Positions 1 to 12,368 of a stretch of DNA of 64,000 nt are shown in pieces. The notes below the pieces were generated by a model. That model saw nothing but the letters and a program-made list of their open reading frames with translations, had not been told where the DNA came from and ran no database searches. The stretch comes from Macrostomum lignano (lineage: Eukaryota). The position numbers and the translations under genes were made by a program. The stretch lies in NCBI GenBank assembly GCA_002269645.1, contig NIVC01000464.1, forward strand, positions 62,001 to 126,000. Reading direction: 5' to 3'. The number at the start of each line of letters is the position of its first letter. Positions within the stretch are counted from its first letter, which is position 1.

Positions 1-1841
1 TCCTGCACATAGCAAGAATCCCTAAATAGCAAGCATCCCTGGATAGAAATAATCCTATACATGTAGCCAAGCTTATCAAGCGCAGTAATCCTTGGCTATC
101 GAGTGCAGTAAGCCTTGGTTATTAATAGCAATAATCCATGGCTTATCGAGTGCAGTAATTCTTGGTTTGCCAAGTGCAGTAAGTAATCCTTGGTTTATTA
201 ATAGCAATAATCCATGGCTTATGAGTGCAGTAATCCTTGGTTTATTAATAGCAATAATCCTTGGCTTATCGAGTGCAGTAATTCATGGTTTATTAATAGC
301 AATAATCCTTGGCTTATCGAGTGCAGTAATCCTTGGTTTATTAATAGCAATAATCCATGCCTTATCGAGTGCAGTAATCCTTGGTTTATTAATAGCAATA
401 ATCCATGCCTTATCGAGTGCAGTAATCCTTGGTTTATTAATAGCAATAATCCTTGGCTTATCGAGTGCAGTAATCCTTGGTTTGCCAAGTGCATAATCCT
501 TGGTTTATTAATAGCAATAATCCTTGGTTTATCGAGTGCAGTAATCCTTGGTTTATTAATAGCAATAATCCTTGGCTTATCGAGTGCAGTAATCCTTGGT
601 TTATTAATAGCAATAATCCATGGCTTATCGAGTGCAGTAATCCTTGGTTTGCCAAGAGCAATAGTCCTTGGCTTATCGAGTGCAGTAATCCTTGGTTTGC
701 CAAGAGCAATAGTCCTTGGTTTATTGAGTGCAGTAATCCTTGGTTTATTAATAGCAATAATCCTTGGCTTATCGAGTGCAGTAATCCTTGGTTTGCCAAG
801 TGCAGTAATCCTTGGTTTATTAATAGCAATAATCCTTGGCTTATCGAGTGCAGTAATCCTTGGTTTGCCAAGTGCATAATCCTTGGTTTATTAATAGCAA
901 TAATCCATGGCTTATCGAGTGCAGTAATCCTTGGTTTGCCAAGAGCAATAGTCCTTGGCTTATCGAGTGCAGTAATCCTTGGTTTGCCAAGAGCAATAGT
1001 CCTTGGTTTATTGAGTGCAGTAATCCTTGGTTTATTAATAGCAATAGTCCTTGGTTTATTGAGTGCAGTAATCCTTGGTTTATTAATAGCAATAATCCTT
1101 GGCTTATCGAGTGCAGTATTCCTTGGTTTGCCAAGAGCAATAATCCTTAGCTTATCGAGTGCAGTAATCTAAGTGTTTTTTTTTAGTCCTTTAATAAAAG
1201 CTTTTAATAAAAAATTTTACACTACTACTTTTAAACTACTTAGATTCGAACCCAGGTCGCTGCATTAGCAGTCTGGTCTGCTCAGCTCTAGGCTAGCTCT
1301 CATCGAAGTTATCAGTGAATTTGTACCACTTATATAATTCAACACTCACACCAAGTCAGGTAGAGTAAAAAGTCACGCGAAGCAGTTATGACATAATCAA
1401 TTTCTTAGGCAAGTCAGTACCAGTGTCTATGAAAGCTAACAATATGGTTACGTAATATAAATTCAGTACTGCACTATACTTTCACACTCAAAGCTGTGAC
1501 GCAATTCAATTGAGTGTCAAATTCAGCCAGTACACAGACGATAAATAAAGTGTATTGTGATGCAATCTATTTCAGAATCAGAATTCAACCAGTCAGTTTT
1601 TCTGCTAGCATTCTTACAATGCATTTTAAGTCGAAAGCGCTGCTTGACCTTTGCAAAAAAGCATGTTTTTCGAATATTTAATCCCTTTAATATTGAGCAA
1701 TTTCTTAGCCAAGATGCATGTACCGTCACGGAAAAATTTCTGATCGAACAGTGCAAGTTCGAAGAAAATCGGTTCAGCCGTTTTTGCTAAAATCGATCAC
1801 ACACACACACATATACCGACAGACCATTTTTAGTATATGGA
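1..1841 (-). mobile_element. Non-autonomous Helitron-like element, family C, unit 1 (3' end lies left of the window)
   Basis: The minus strand starts TCcatatactaaaaatgg-(TG)n-...aaacggctgaaccgatttt at 1841, a Helitron-type 5' end. The ~650-bp body (1185-1841) is shared with 3865-4464 and 8640-9227. No Rep/helicase ORF. Confidence 0.7.
85..1170. repeat. 48-bp satellite (dimer of two related 24-mers) inside family C unit 1
   Basis: Tandem gagtgcagtaatccttggtttatt / aatagcaataatccttggcttatc, with an aagagcaatagtcc variant. All ORFs here are repeat translations. Confidence 0.95.
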
Positions 1842-2064
1842 CTAGCAATCTACGCCCCCCGTTGGGGAGCCAAAGAAATGCAATACACGTTTTTTTAATA
1901 AGCTACATGTATCCTTGAAATCTTAAAAAAATCTCCTGTCAAACCTTGTAAGCCTTGACATGTCAGTAATTCCCCCCACAAGCTTTAACATATCAACTTC
2001 CCCCCTTGACATCTCAGCAATGCCCCCAATAAGCCTTGGAAATCTAAAAATATCTGTCAACCTT

Positions 2065-2156
2065 CTAACCCTAACCCTAGCCTAACCCTAACCCTAAACC
2101 TAACCCTAACCCTAACCATAACCCTAACCTAACCCTAACCCTAACCCTAACCCTAA
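2065..2156. repeat. Interstitial telomere-type (CCCTAA)n tract
   Basis: About 15 near-perfect CCCTAA units inside Helitron unit 2, flanked by non-telomeric DNA on both sides. Confidence 0.9.
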
Positions 2157-2989
2157 AGCATTGAAATTTCAGTAATTCTCTCTAAGAGTCATTATAGCAC
2201 TACTACAGCATTATAGCGATTCCCTGCAAGCCTCGACATCGTAGGGATTCCCAAATGAATCTCTTAACTTCGACATGAAGCTTCTTTTATTTTTTACATT
2301 ACGCTTTTTTTATCAGTGATCCCTCCTCTGACGAGGCATCAAATAATGTAATAAAAAGTTTTCAATAAACTACATGTAGCTTCTGACTTTAGCCTTGAAA
2401 TCTCATTTATACCCCCGTGAGCCTTGACATCTCAGCTATTCCCCCCGTAAGCCTTAACATGTCAGCGATGGCCCCCAAAAAACCTTGAAATCTAAAAAAC
2501 CCCCTGTTAAACTTGAAACCCGATAAAATATAACCCTCAACCCACACCTGACCTAAACCTAACTTTAACCCAACCTAAAGCCTTGAAATCTCAGCAATTC
2601 TTCTCCCCTAAGCCTTGACATTTTAGTGATTCCTTCTTTAAGAATCACAGCACTATAACGATTTCCACCAAGCTTTGACATTGTAAGCAATTCCCAAATG
2701 AATCTTTTAACTTCGACATGACTTTTCTTTTATGTATACATAGTGCCACTTTTATTTTTTACATGACTCTTCGTCTATCAGCGCCTCCCCCGTGGCGAGC
2801 CAACAAAGAATGCAATAAAAAAATTGAGTAAAGTACATGAACTTTGAAGTAGCTTCTGGCTTTTGCTTTGACATCTCAGAAACCCCCCCCCGTAATCTCA
2901 GTTATTCTCTGAGAGCCTTGACATCTCAGTTTTTCTCCCCAGCACAGCATTATAGCTGCATTTAATTTTTACATGACACCCTTCATGTC

Positions 2990-3860
2990 TGACATGACGC
3001 TTCTTTTATTCTACCATGATGCTTCCTTATTTTTTAAATGACGCTTCTATGATTTTTTACATGACGCTTCTATGATTTTTACATGACGCTTCTATGATTT
3101 TTACATGACGCTTTAATGATTTTTTCATGACGCTTCTATGATTGTTTACATGACGCTTCTATGATTTTTTACTTGACGCTTCTATGTTTTTTTACATTAC
3201 GCTTCTATGATTTTTTTCATGACGCTTCCATGATTTTTACATGACGCTTCTATGCTTTTTACATGACGCTTCTATGATTGTTTACATGTCGCTTCTATGA
3301 TGGTTTACATGACGCTTCTATGATATTTTACATGACGCTTTAATGATTTTTTCATGACGCTTCTATGATTTTTTACATGACGCTTTTATGATTTTTTACT
3401 TGACGCTTCTATGATTTTTTACATTACGCTTCTATGATTTTTTCATGACGCTTCCATGATTTTTACATGACGTTTCTATGATTTTTACATGACGCTTCAA
3501 TGATTTTTACATGACGCTTCAATGATTGTTTACATGACGCTTCTATGATTTTTTACATGACGCTTTAATGATTGTTTACATGACGCTTCTATGATTTTTT
3601 CATGACGCTTCTACGATTTTTTACATGACGCTTCTATGATTGTTTACATGACGCTTCTATGATTATTTACATGACGCTTCTATGATTGTTTACATGACGC
3701 TTCTATGATTTTTTACATGACGCTTTAATGATTGTTTACATGACGCTTCTATGATTGTTTACATGACGCTTCTATGATTGTTTAGATGACGCTTCTATGA
3801 TTATTTACATGACGCTTCTATGATTTTTTGCATGACTATTCTATGATTTTTTACATGACG
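2990..3860. repeat. 22-23-bp satellite (tttttacatgacgcttctatga)n inside family C unit 2
   Basis: Direct tandem repetition with small variants. Confidence 0.95.
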
Positions 3861-4611
3861 CCTTTAGTCCTTTAATTTATTAATTTTTTAATAAAAGCTT
3901 TTAATAAAAACATTTACTACTAAGATTCGAACCCAGGTCGCTGCATTAGCAGTCCAGTCTGTTAACTTCTAGGCTAGATCTTATCGAATTTATAAGTGAA
4001 ATTGTAGCACTTATATAATTCAACACTCACTCACGAAGCAGTTATGACATAATCAATTTCCCAGGCAAGTCAGTATCAGTCTCAATTAAAGTTGACAATA
4101 TGGTTACGCAATCTAAATGCTACGCTTCCACACTGCATTTTCAATACTGTGACGCAATTCAAGTTGGAGTTACAATTCAGTTATGATGCAATCTATTTCA
4201 GAATCAGAATCAACCAGTCATTTTTTTCTCTAGCATTCTTACAATGCATTTCAAGTTGAAAATTTTGCTTGACCTTTGCAAAAAAAGCATGTTTTTCGAA
4301 TATTTAATGCCTTTAGCATCGAGCAATTTCTTAGCCACGATGCATGTACCGTCACGGGAAAATTTCTGATCGAACAGTGCAAGTCTCATGAAAATCGGTT
4401 AAGCTATTTTTTCTCTAATCGATCACATAGATAGATAGAGACAGACCATTTTTAGTATATAGGACTAGCAATCTTCGCCCCCCGATGGGGGACATCTGGA
4501 TAGAATCTCTGTTCTCTACAAGTAACAAAAAGACAGCCAAAAAATCCTTCACAAAGACAACAGACAAACTGCTCAAATGAAGTGAATTGCAATAAGAAAT
4601 CTTCCCAAGAC

Positions 4612-5130
4612 AACAAGCATCCCCCAGATAGCAAGCATTCCCCAGATAGCAAGCATCCCTCAAATAGCAAGCATCCCCCAGATAGCAAGCATCCCCCAGA
4701 TAGCAAGCATCCCCCAGATAGCAAGCATCCCCCAGATAGCAAACATCCCCCAGATAGCAAGCATCCCCCAGATAGCAAGCATTCCCCAGATAGCAAACAT
4801 TCCCCAGATAGCAAGCATTCCCCAGATAGCAAGCATCCCTCAGATAGCAAGCATACCCCAAATAGCAAGCATCCCTCAGATAGCAAGCATCCCTCAGATA
4901 GCAAGCATCCCCAGATAGCAAGCATCACTCAGATAGCAAGCATCCACCAGATAGCAAGCATCCACCAGATAGCAAGCATCCACCAGATAGCAAGCATCCC
5001 TCAGATAGCAAGCATCCCCCAAATTGCAAGCATCGCCCAGATAGCAAGCATCCCCCAGAAAGCAAGCATCCTCCAAATAGCAAGCATCCCCCAGATAGAT
5101 AGCATCCCCAAATAGCAACCATCCACCAGA
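4612..5130. repeat. 18-bp minisatellite (cccccagatagcaagcat)n
   Basis: Tandem 18-mer. The reverse complement of the same family forms arrays at 39010-39690 and 53835-55060, and remnants occur at 1-45. Confidence 0.95.
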
Positions 5131-5231
5131 CAATAAGTAGCTAGAGCGACAATTTCCTTAGCTTTATAGTGGCTCCTTTAAATTGGCATGGCGCTTTATA
5201 CCTTTACATTTGAAATTGTATATCTTGAATG

Positions 5232-8200
5232 TTTGACATGGTGGCTCTTTTATGTTTGACATAGTGGCTCTTCTATGTTTGACATGGTGGCTCTTTTATG
5301 TTTGACATGGTGGCTCTTTTATGTTTTACATGGTGGCTCTTTTATGTTTGACATGGTGGCTCTTTTATGTTTGACATGGTGGCTCTTCTATGTTTGACAT
5401 GGTGGCTTTTTTAGGTTTGACATGGTGGCTCTTTTATGTTTGACATGTTGGCTTTTTAATGTTCGACATGGTGGCTCTTTAATGTTCGACATGGTGGCTT
5501 TTTAATGTTCGACATGGTGGCTCTTTTAGGTTTGAAATGGTGGCTCCTTAATTTTCGAAATGGTGGCTCTTTTATGTTCGACATGGTGTCTCTTTAATGT
5601 TCGACATGGTGGCTCTTTAATGTTCTTAATGGTGTCTGTTTTATGTTTGACATGGTGGCTCTTTATTGTTCGACATGGTGGCTCTTTAATTTTTAGCATG
5701 GTAACTCTTTTATGTTTGATATCGTGGCTCTTTTATGTTCGACATGGTGGCTCTTTAGAGTTCGACATGGTGGCTCTTTAATGTTTGACATGGTGGCTCT
5801 TTAATTTTTGAAATGGTGGCTGTTTTATGTTTGACATGGTGGCTCTTTAATGTTCGACATGGTGGCTCTTTAATGTTTGACATGGTGGCTCTTTAATTTT
5901 TGAAATGGTGGCTGTTTTATGTTTGACATGGTGGCTCTTTAATGTTCGACATGGTGGCTCTTTAATTTTTAACATGGTGACTCTTTTATGTTCGATATGG
6001 TGGCTCTTTTATGTTTGACATAGTGGCTCCTTTAGGTTTGAAATGGTGGCTCTTTAATGTTTAACATTGTGGCTCTTTAATGTTTGACATGGTGGCTTTT
6101 TAATGTTCGACATGGTGGCTCTTATAGGTTTGAAACGGTGGCTCTTTAATGTTTGACATGGTGGCTTTTTTATGTTTGACATGGTGGCTCTTGTATGTTC
6201 GACATGGTGGCTCTTTTAATGGTCGACATGGTGGCTCTTTAATGTTCTTCATGTTGGCTCTTTTATGTTTGACATGCTGGCTTTTTTATGTTTGACATGG
6301 TGGCTCTTTTATGTTCGACATGGTGGCTCTTTTATGTTCTACATGGCTGCTCTTTTATGTTCGACATGGTGGCTCTTGTATGTTCGACATGGTCGCTCTT
6401 TTAGGTTTGAAATGGTGGCTCTTTAATATTTGACAAGGTGGCTCTTTAATGTTCGACATGGTGGCTCTTTAAATTTCGAAATGGTGGCTCCTTAATTTTC
6501 AAAATGGTGGCTGTTTTATGTTTGACATGGTGGCTCTTTAATGTTCGACATGGTGGCTCTTTAATGTTCTTAATGGTGTCTGTTTTATGTTTGACATGGT
6601 GGCTCTTTATTGTTCGACATGGTGGCTCTTTAATTTTTAACATGGTAACTCTTTTATGTTCGATATGGTGGCTCTTTTATGTTCGAAATGGTGGCTCTTT
6701 AATGTTCGACATGGTGGCTCCTTTAGGTTTGAAATGGTGGCTCTTTAATGTTTGACATTGTGGCTCTTTAATATTTGACAAGGTGGCTCTTTAATGTTCG
6801 ACATGGTGGCTCCTTAATTTTCGAAATGGTGGCTGTTTTATGTTTGACATGGTGGCTCTTTAATGTTCGACATGGTGGCTCTTTTATGTTCGACATGGTG
6901 GCTCTTTTATGTTCTACATGGCTGCTCTTTTATGTTCGACATGGTGGCTCTTGTATGTTCGACATGGTGGCTCCTTTAGGTTTGAAATGGTGGCTCTTTA
7001 ATGTTTGACATTGTGGCTCTTTAATATTTGACAAGGTGGCTCTTTAATGTTCGACATGGTGGCTCCTTAATTTTCGAAATGGTGGCTCTTTAATGTTCTT
7101 AATGGTGTCTGTTTTATGTTCGACATGGTGGCTCTTTAATTTTTAACATAGTAACTCTTTTACATGTATGTTTGATATGGTGGCTCTTTAATGTTCGACA
7201 TGGTGGCTCTTTAATGTTTGACATGGTGGCTTTTTAATGTTCGACATGGTGGCTCTTTTAGGTTTGAAACGGTGGCTCTTTAATGTTTGACATGGTGACT
7301 CTTTAATGTTTGACATGGTGGCTCTTGTATGTTCGACATGGTGGCTCCTTTAGGTTTGAAATAGTGGCTCTTTAATGTTTGACATTGTGGCTTTTTTATG
7401 TTTGACATGGTGGCTTCTTAATGTTTGACATGGTGGCTCTTTTAGGTTTGAAATGGTGGCTCTTTAATATTTGACAAGGTGGCTCTTTAATGTTCGACAT
7501 GGTGGCTCTTTAATGTTTGACTTGGTGGCTCTTTTAGATTTGAAATGGTGGGTCTTTAATGCTTGACAATGTGGCTCTTTAATGTTTGACATGGCTGCTC
7601 TTTAATGTTCGATATGGTGGCTCTTTAATGTTTGACATGGTAACTCTTTTATGTTTGATATGGTGGCTCTTTTATGTTCAACATGGTGGCTCTTTAATGT
7701 TTGACATGGTGGCTTTTGAATGTTCGACATGGTGGCTCTTTAATGTTTGACATGGTGGCTCTTTTAGGTTTGAAATGGTGGCTCTTTAATGTTCTACATG
7801 GTAACTCTTTTATGTTTGATACGGTGGCTTTTTAATGTCTGACATGTTGTCTCTTTTATGTTTGACATGGTGGCTCTTTAATGTTTGACATGGTAACTCT
7901 TTTATGTTTGATATGGTGGCTCTTTTATGTTCGACATGGTGGCTCTTTAATGTTCGACATGGTGGCTCCTTTAGGTTTGAAATGGTGGCTCTTTAATGTT
8001 TGACATTGTGGCTCTTTTATGTTCGACATGGTGGCTCTTTTAGGTTTGACATGGTGGCTCTTAAATGTTCGACATGGTGGCTCTTTAATGTTTCACATGG
8101 TGGCTCTTTAATATTTGACATAAAGTCACATATATGTTTGACATGGTGGCTCCTAAATGTTTGACATGGTGGCTCTTTATGTTTGACATGGTGGCTCTTT

Positions 8201-8610
8201 TATGTTCGACATGGTGGATCTTTTTTGTTCTACATGGTAACTCTTTTATGTTTGATACGGTGGCTTTTTAATGTCTGACATGTTGGCTCTTTTATGTTTG
8301 ACATGGTGGCTCTTTATTGTTCGACAAAGTGGCTCTTTTATGTTTGACATGGTGGCTCTTAATTGTTTGACATAGTGGCTCTTTAATGTTCAAAATGGTG
8401 GCTCTTTAATGTTCGAAATGGTGGCTGTTTTATGTTTGACATGGTGGCTCTTTTATGTTTGACATGGTGGCTCTTAAATGTTTGACATGGTGGCTCTTTA
8501 AATGTTCGACATGGTAGCTCTTTAATGTTCGACATGGTAGCTCTTTTATGTTGGACATGGTAACTCTTTTATGTTCGATATGTTGGCTCTTCTATGTTTG
8601 ACATTGCGCT
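5232..8610. repeat. 23-bp satellite (atgtttgacatggtggctctttt)n inside family C unit 3
   Basis: About 3.4 kb of direct tandem 23-mers with recurrent variants. Confidence 0.97.
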
Positions 8611-10059
8611 TCTTTGATGTTTAGCAGTTTTGTTGTGTTTTTAAGGTGTTTTAATAAAAAAATCTTTTTGCACTACTAAGATTCGAACCCAGGTCGCTAC
8701 ATTAGCATTCCAGTCTGTTCGCATCAGGGCTATCTCTTTTCAATTGGAGGACATGAATTGTGGCCCTTATAATTCAATTCTTACAGCAAGTCAATTGGAG
8801 TAAAAAGTTATGACATAATCAATTTCTCAGTCAGCCAGTATCAGTCTCAATTTAAGTTAGCAATATGGTTACGCAATTTAAATCAAGTCGTGTGTGCATT
8901 TCTTCGGTACTGTTTTCAACTTGTTGTGATGCAATCTTTATCACAATCAGAATTCAGCCAGTCAGTTTTTTCTCTAGCATTCTTACAATGCATTTCAGGT
9001 CGAAAGAGCTGCTTGACCTTTGCAAAAAAGCATGTTTTTCGAATATTTAATCCCTTTAACATTGAGCAATTTCTTAGCCAAGATGCATGTACCGTCCCAG
9101 GAAAATTTCTGATCGAATGGTGCAAGTTTGAAGAAAATCGGTTGAGCCGTTTTTTCTGAAATCAATCGCATACCCATATACATACATACATACATACATA
9201 CAGACAACTCATTTTTAGGATATAGGAAGTCAAATATAATCAAATAAAAGTGAAAAAACTAATAATGAATTGTGTAGGATCCGGTAGAAGATACGTTTGA
9301 ATAGAAAACGTAATTCACGCGTCCTGTTTCCTAGTAAATTTATTTTCAAATTTAAACTTAAATTTTATATTGTGTTATAACATAATTATTCAGCGGCGGC
9401 ACCCCAAGTCTGTATGTAATGACTCGTGAACTAAACTACTGTTTATGGCAGTGATAGCATTATATCTACAAATTACAAAGTTATCATACTGCTATACGAG
9501 TTTTTATTATTTTATTTTTTTACGACTTAGGTAGGCTAATAATGTAATAGGCCTACTAATAGGACCTGACGCCTAGCCTAGTTGATTTAAATTAGGCCTG
9601 GCCCTATTCCTTTTAGTCTTACGCTACTCTTAGTCTTAGATCTTCTATTAATAAACAGGCCTAATAAGGCAAGCTAACGGTAATTTTTCTACTTCACTTA
9701 ATAATAATTTGTCTAAGTAAAGACATATTGCATAGCTTTTGTAATTTGAATTTGAGCATTTTAAAATTATTAAATTAGTCAAGTTCAAGTAGAAAAGTTA
9801 GGCATAGAAGTCATGTCCCTTTCTAGAAAAAAATTTATCTTGACTTTAATTGTCATATTTTTGTAATGCATTTTGTCTCTCAGGCATAGTTAAATTTTGC
9901 TCAAAACTTTGGTTTTTTACTAATATTTTTTGTATCTAGGTAAACTTGTCAAATTTTTATTTGTCAAATATGTATGTTGACAAGTTTAGGGCCTACCACA
10001 GTTTGCATAGCATGTGATATGCAGTATAACAAAGTGTATAGAATTAGGCCTAGGAGATG

Positions 10060-10262
10060 CAGGCGCCGCGGAACAAGTTTTTGCCAGGGGGGGGGCAGGA
10101 CCAAGTTTCCAAAACTCAAGCCCAGACCCTGACTTGGACAATGACCAAAAATTTGAGCAAAATTATGCTGTTGAACAATATTTGAGGGGGGGGGCAATGC
10201 CCCCCAACTCAATGTCAGGGGGGGGCAGCTGCCCCCCTGCCCCCCCTGTTCCGCAGCGCCTG
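10060..10262. mobile_element. hAT-type MITE
   Basis: 16-bp terminal inverted repeats caggcgccgcggaaca / tgttccgcagcgcctg (1 mismatch) and a perfect 8-bp target-site duplication aggagatg (10052-10059 and 10263-10270). An 8-bp TSD is the hAT hallmark. Confidence 0.9.
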
Positions 10263-10675
10263 AGGAGATGTAAATAGAAGCTAAAGCAATAAGGTTTTAG
10301 TTTAATACTAGGCCTATATGGTCTTAATAATCAACATTTTTGACAGAAAAAACAAGGACAACTTAATGTGGATGGATATGAAAGAATAAATATATAATAT
10401 GTATAATATATAATAATATATAATATATAATATATAATCTATAAAATCTATAAAAAAAATATATAATATATTATATAATATATAAAAGAATATATATATA
10501 TATAAATAATAAAGTAGGCCTAGTATTTTTTGGTTAAATTAAATTTATTAAAACTGATTGAAATTGATTAGAATTGGAATCTTGACAATTAATTGCAATC
10601 CCCTAGCTAGTTGTTGATATGAAATATTCTTGGTTTCATTTTTTTTAATTTTATTGTATCTCATATCTCTACATA

Positions 10676-12368
10676 TCTCTACATATAAAAATCAAAACTC
10701 TGCCTGTGTGTGTGTGTATGTGTACAATTTTGATTGCTATGGACTCCCAAACCATTAACCAAATGACACCAAACTTTACACCCACCCTAAACTTACTACA
10801 GAGAATGTCTTAGGCTACCTTTAAATTTCCTAGACTCAAGTCTTCCTGCCTTAAAGTACAAAAAACTGCTCAAAATGCGCGATTTTTTCACTAAATCCTC
10901 CATAGCGCCGCTCCACTTTTACCAATTCTCTTCAAATTTGACACAGATAATCTTCAACTATTTTGACACAATTGTGTAAAATTTTGAATCTGAAAGTTAA
11001 TCCTGAACGGTGCTGTGCACTTTTAAAGTTTGGCTGTTTTTTTCAGCGAGACAGCCACCCCAACCTCCAGTCCTCCACCCGCCTGCCTCTCTTTTCCAAT
11101 CTGGGCAAAGGTTTTTAAATAGGTTTTTAAATGACTAACTTTGGGCTGCCATAAGTTTGCTTCACATAAAGCGATTGATTTCAAACTTGACACAATTCTT
11201 CATTGATTCATTCTCTATCCAAATGTTAAGTTTCAACTCTGTAACTCAACCGAAAAAGAAACTGTAAGCATGTGAAGTTTGTCTGCTTTTTCTGTTGTTT
11301 GCCGCTCATCCAACTCATTCCCCCAGATGAAGGATCAGGCGATAGGGCTCAATGTACATAGCGAATGTACAGTGTTTTGGAATAAATTTTTAATAGCCTT
11401 CTCTGTATCCCTGGGAGTGGAGAGGCGTAGAGAGAAAAGAGTTTAGCGAGAGATTCAATTTCAAACTACTGTCCTCTGTATAGACAAGTTGCAGCAGTTA
11501 AACAAGGATGGCAAATCAAGGCAATGTGGGATGGTTTGTAAAAATAGCGAAAAATTAATGAATAACTGATTATAATGCAATCCTACTAAATTAGTTATAC
11601 CATAAAAATTTTAACATTAAGATTCGCATAAGGTAACTTTAAAATTTAAATGGCCTCCTAAGAAACGCGTATTTCCTTGGTTGTTAGACTGCTGCAGACT
11701 GTGGTGGTGAAGCTAGAGAATGGAGATACACAAATTCCTCTCAGGGCTACTAATTGGCCAGAAAGATGACGTGATTAAAGCATGAGAAATGATAATGACC
11801 ATGATAGTACTATGTCCTACGAGGGCTGGATCACTATTGCGAAGTTTCAAAGGACCCAAGGGCCGGATTGCTATTGCAAAGTTTCAAAGGACCCGAGGCC
11901 GGATTGCTATTGCGAAGTTTCAAAGGTCCCTATGATAGTACTTTCAAAGCAGGGATTGGCAGATTTTATCTCAAAGGCCAGATAAAGAATCCAGCTCATG
12001 GCTACCGGCCAGATAGATGAGAGTGAAAAGGAAAAGTGGTGAAGAGAAAGCAGAGAAGAAGGGAGGAAGAAGTGAGAGGAGGGGAGAAAGGAAGGAGAGG
12101 AAAGAGTAAAGGTGAGAAGAGGGGAGAGATGAGACAGAGGATCGATGAGAGAGGAGAGTAGAGAAGATTGAGAAGAGAGTAGAGATGAGAGAGCAGAAAG
12201 AAGATGACAGAGGGTCAAGAGGAGAGGAGAGATTAGAGAGGAGAGAGTAGAAAGGATAGAGAAGAGAGGAGATAAGAGGGGGAGAGAGAAGTGAGAAGAG
12301 AAGAGATAGAGATAAGAGAGTGGTAAAAGAAGAGGGGAGAAAGGAGAGATGAGAGAGTAAAGGGAAGA
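10676..12368 (+). mobile_element. Helitron-like element, family B, 3'-truncated
   Basis: A|TCtctacatataaaaatcaaaactc-(TG)n 5' end. Colinear with 49430-51130 and ends in a GA-rich tract. Confidence 0.7.

Larger units (their letters stand above)
1842..4464 (-). mobile_element. Non-autonomous Helitron-like element, family C, unit 2 (complete)
   Basis: 5' TC at 4464. 3' end is a GC hairpin (1854-1870) followed by CTAG (1845-1842), abutting the TC of unit 1 (CTAG|TC junction). Confidence 0.72.
4465..9227 (-). mobile_element. Non-autonomous Helitron-like element, family C, unit 3 (complete)
   Basis: 5' TCctatatcctaaaaatg-(TATG)n at 9227. 3' hairpin ccccc-gat-ggggg (4479-4491), then CTAG at 4468-4465, abutting the TC of unit 2. 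Confidence 0.72.

Noticed and set aside
92-1172. Overlapping ORFs of 91-231 aa
   Set aside because: Translations of the 48-bp satellite; periodic peptides in several frames on both strands.
2065-2156. Chromosome end suggested by CCCTAA repeats
   Set aside because: The tract is short and internal, and is embedded in a repeat element with ordinary sequence on both sides.
4415-8610. ORFs and a CRISPR-like appearance of the short-repeat arrays
   Set aside because: Repeats are contiguous with no unique spacers, there are no cas genes, and the DNA is eukaryotic. The ORFs are repeat translations.
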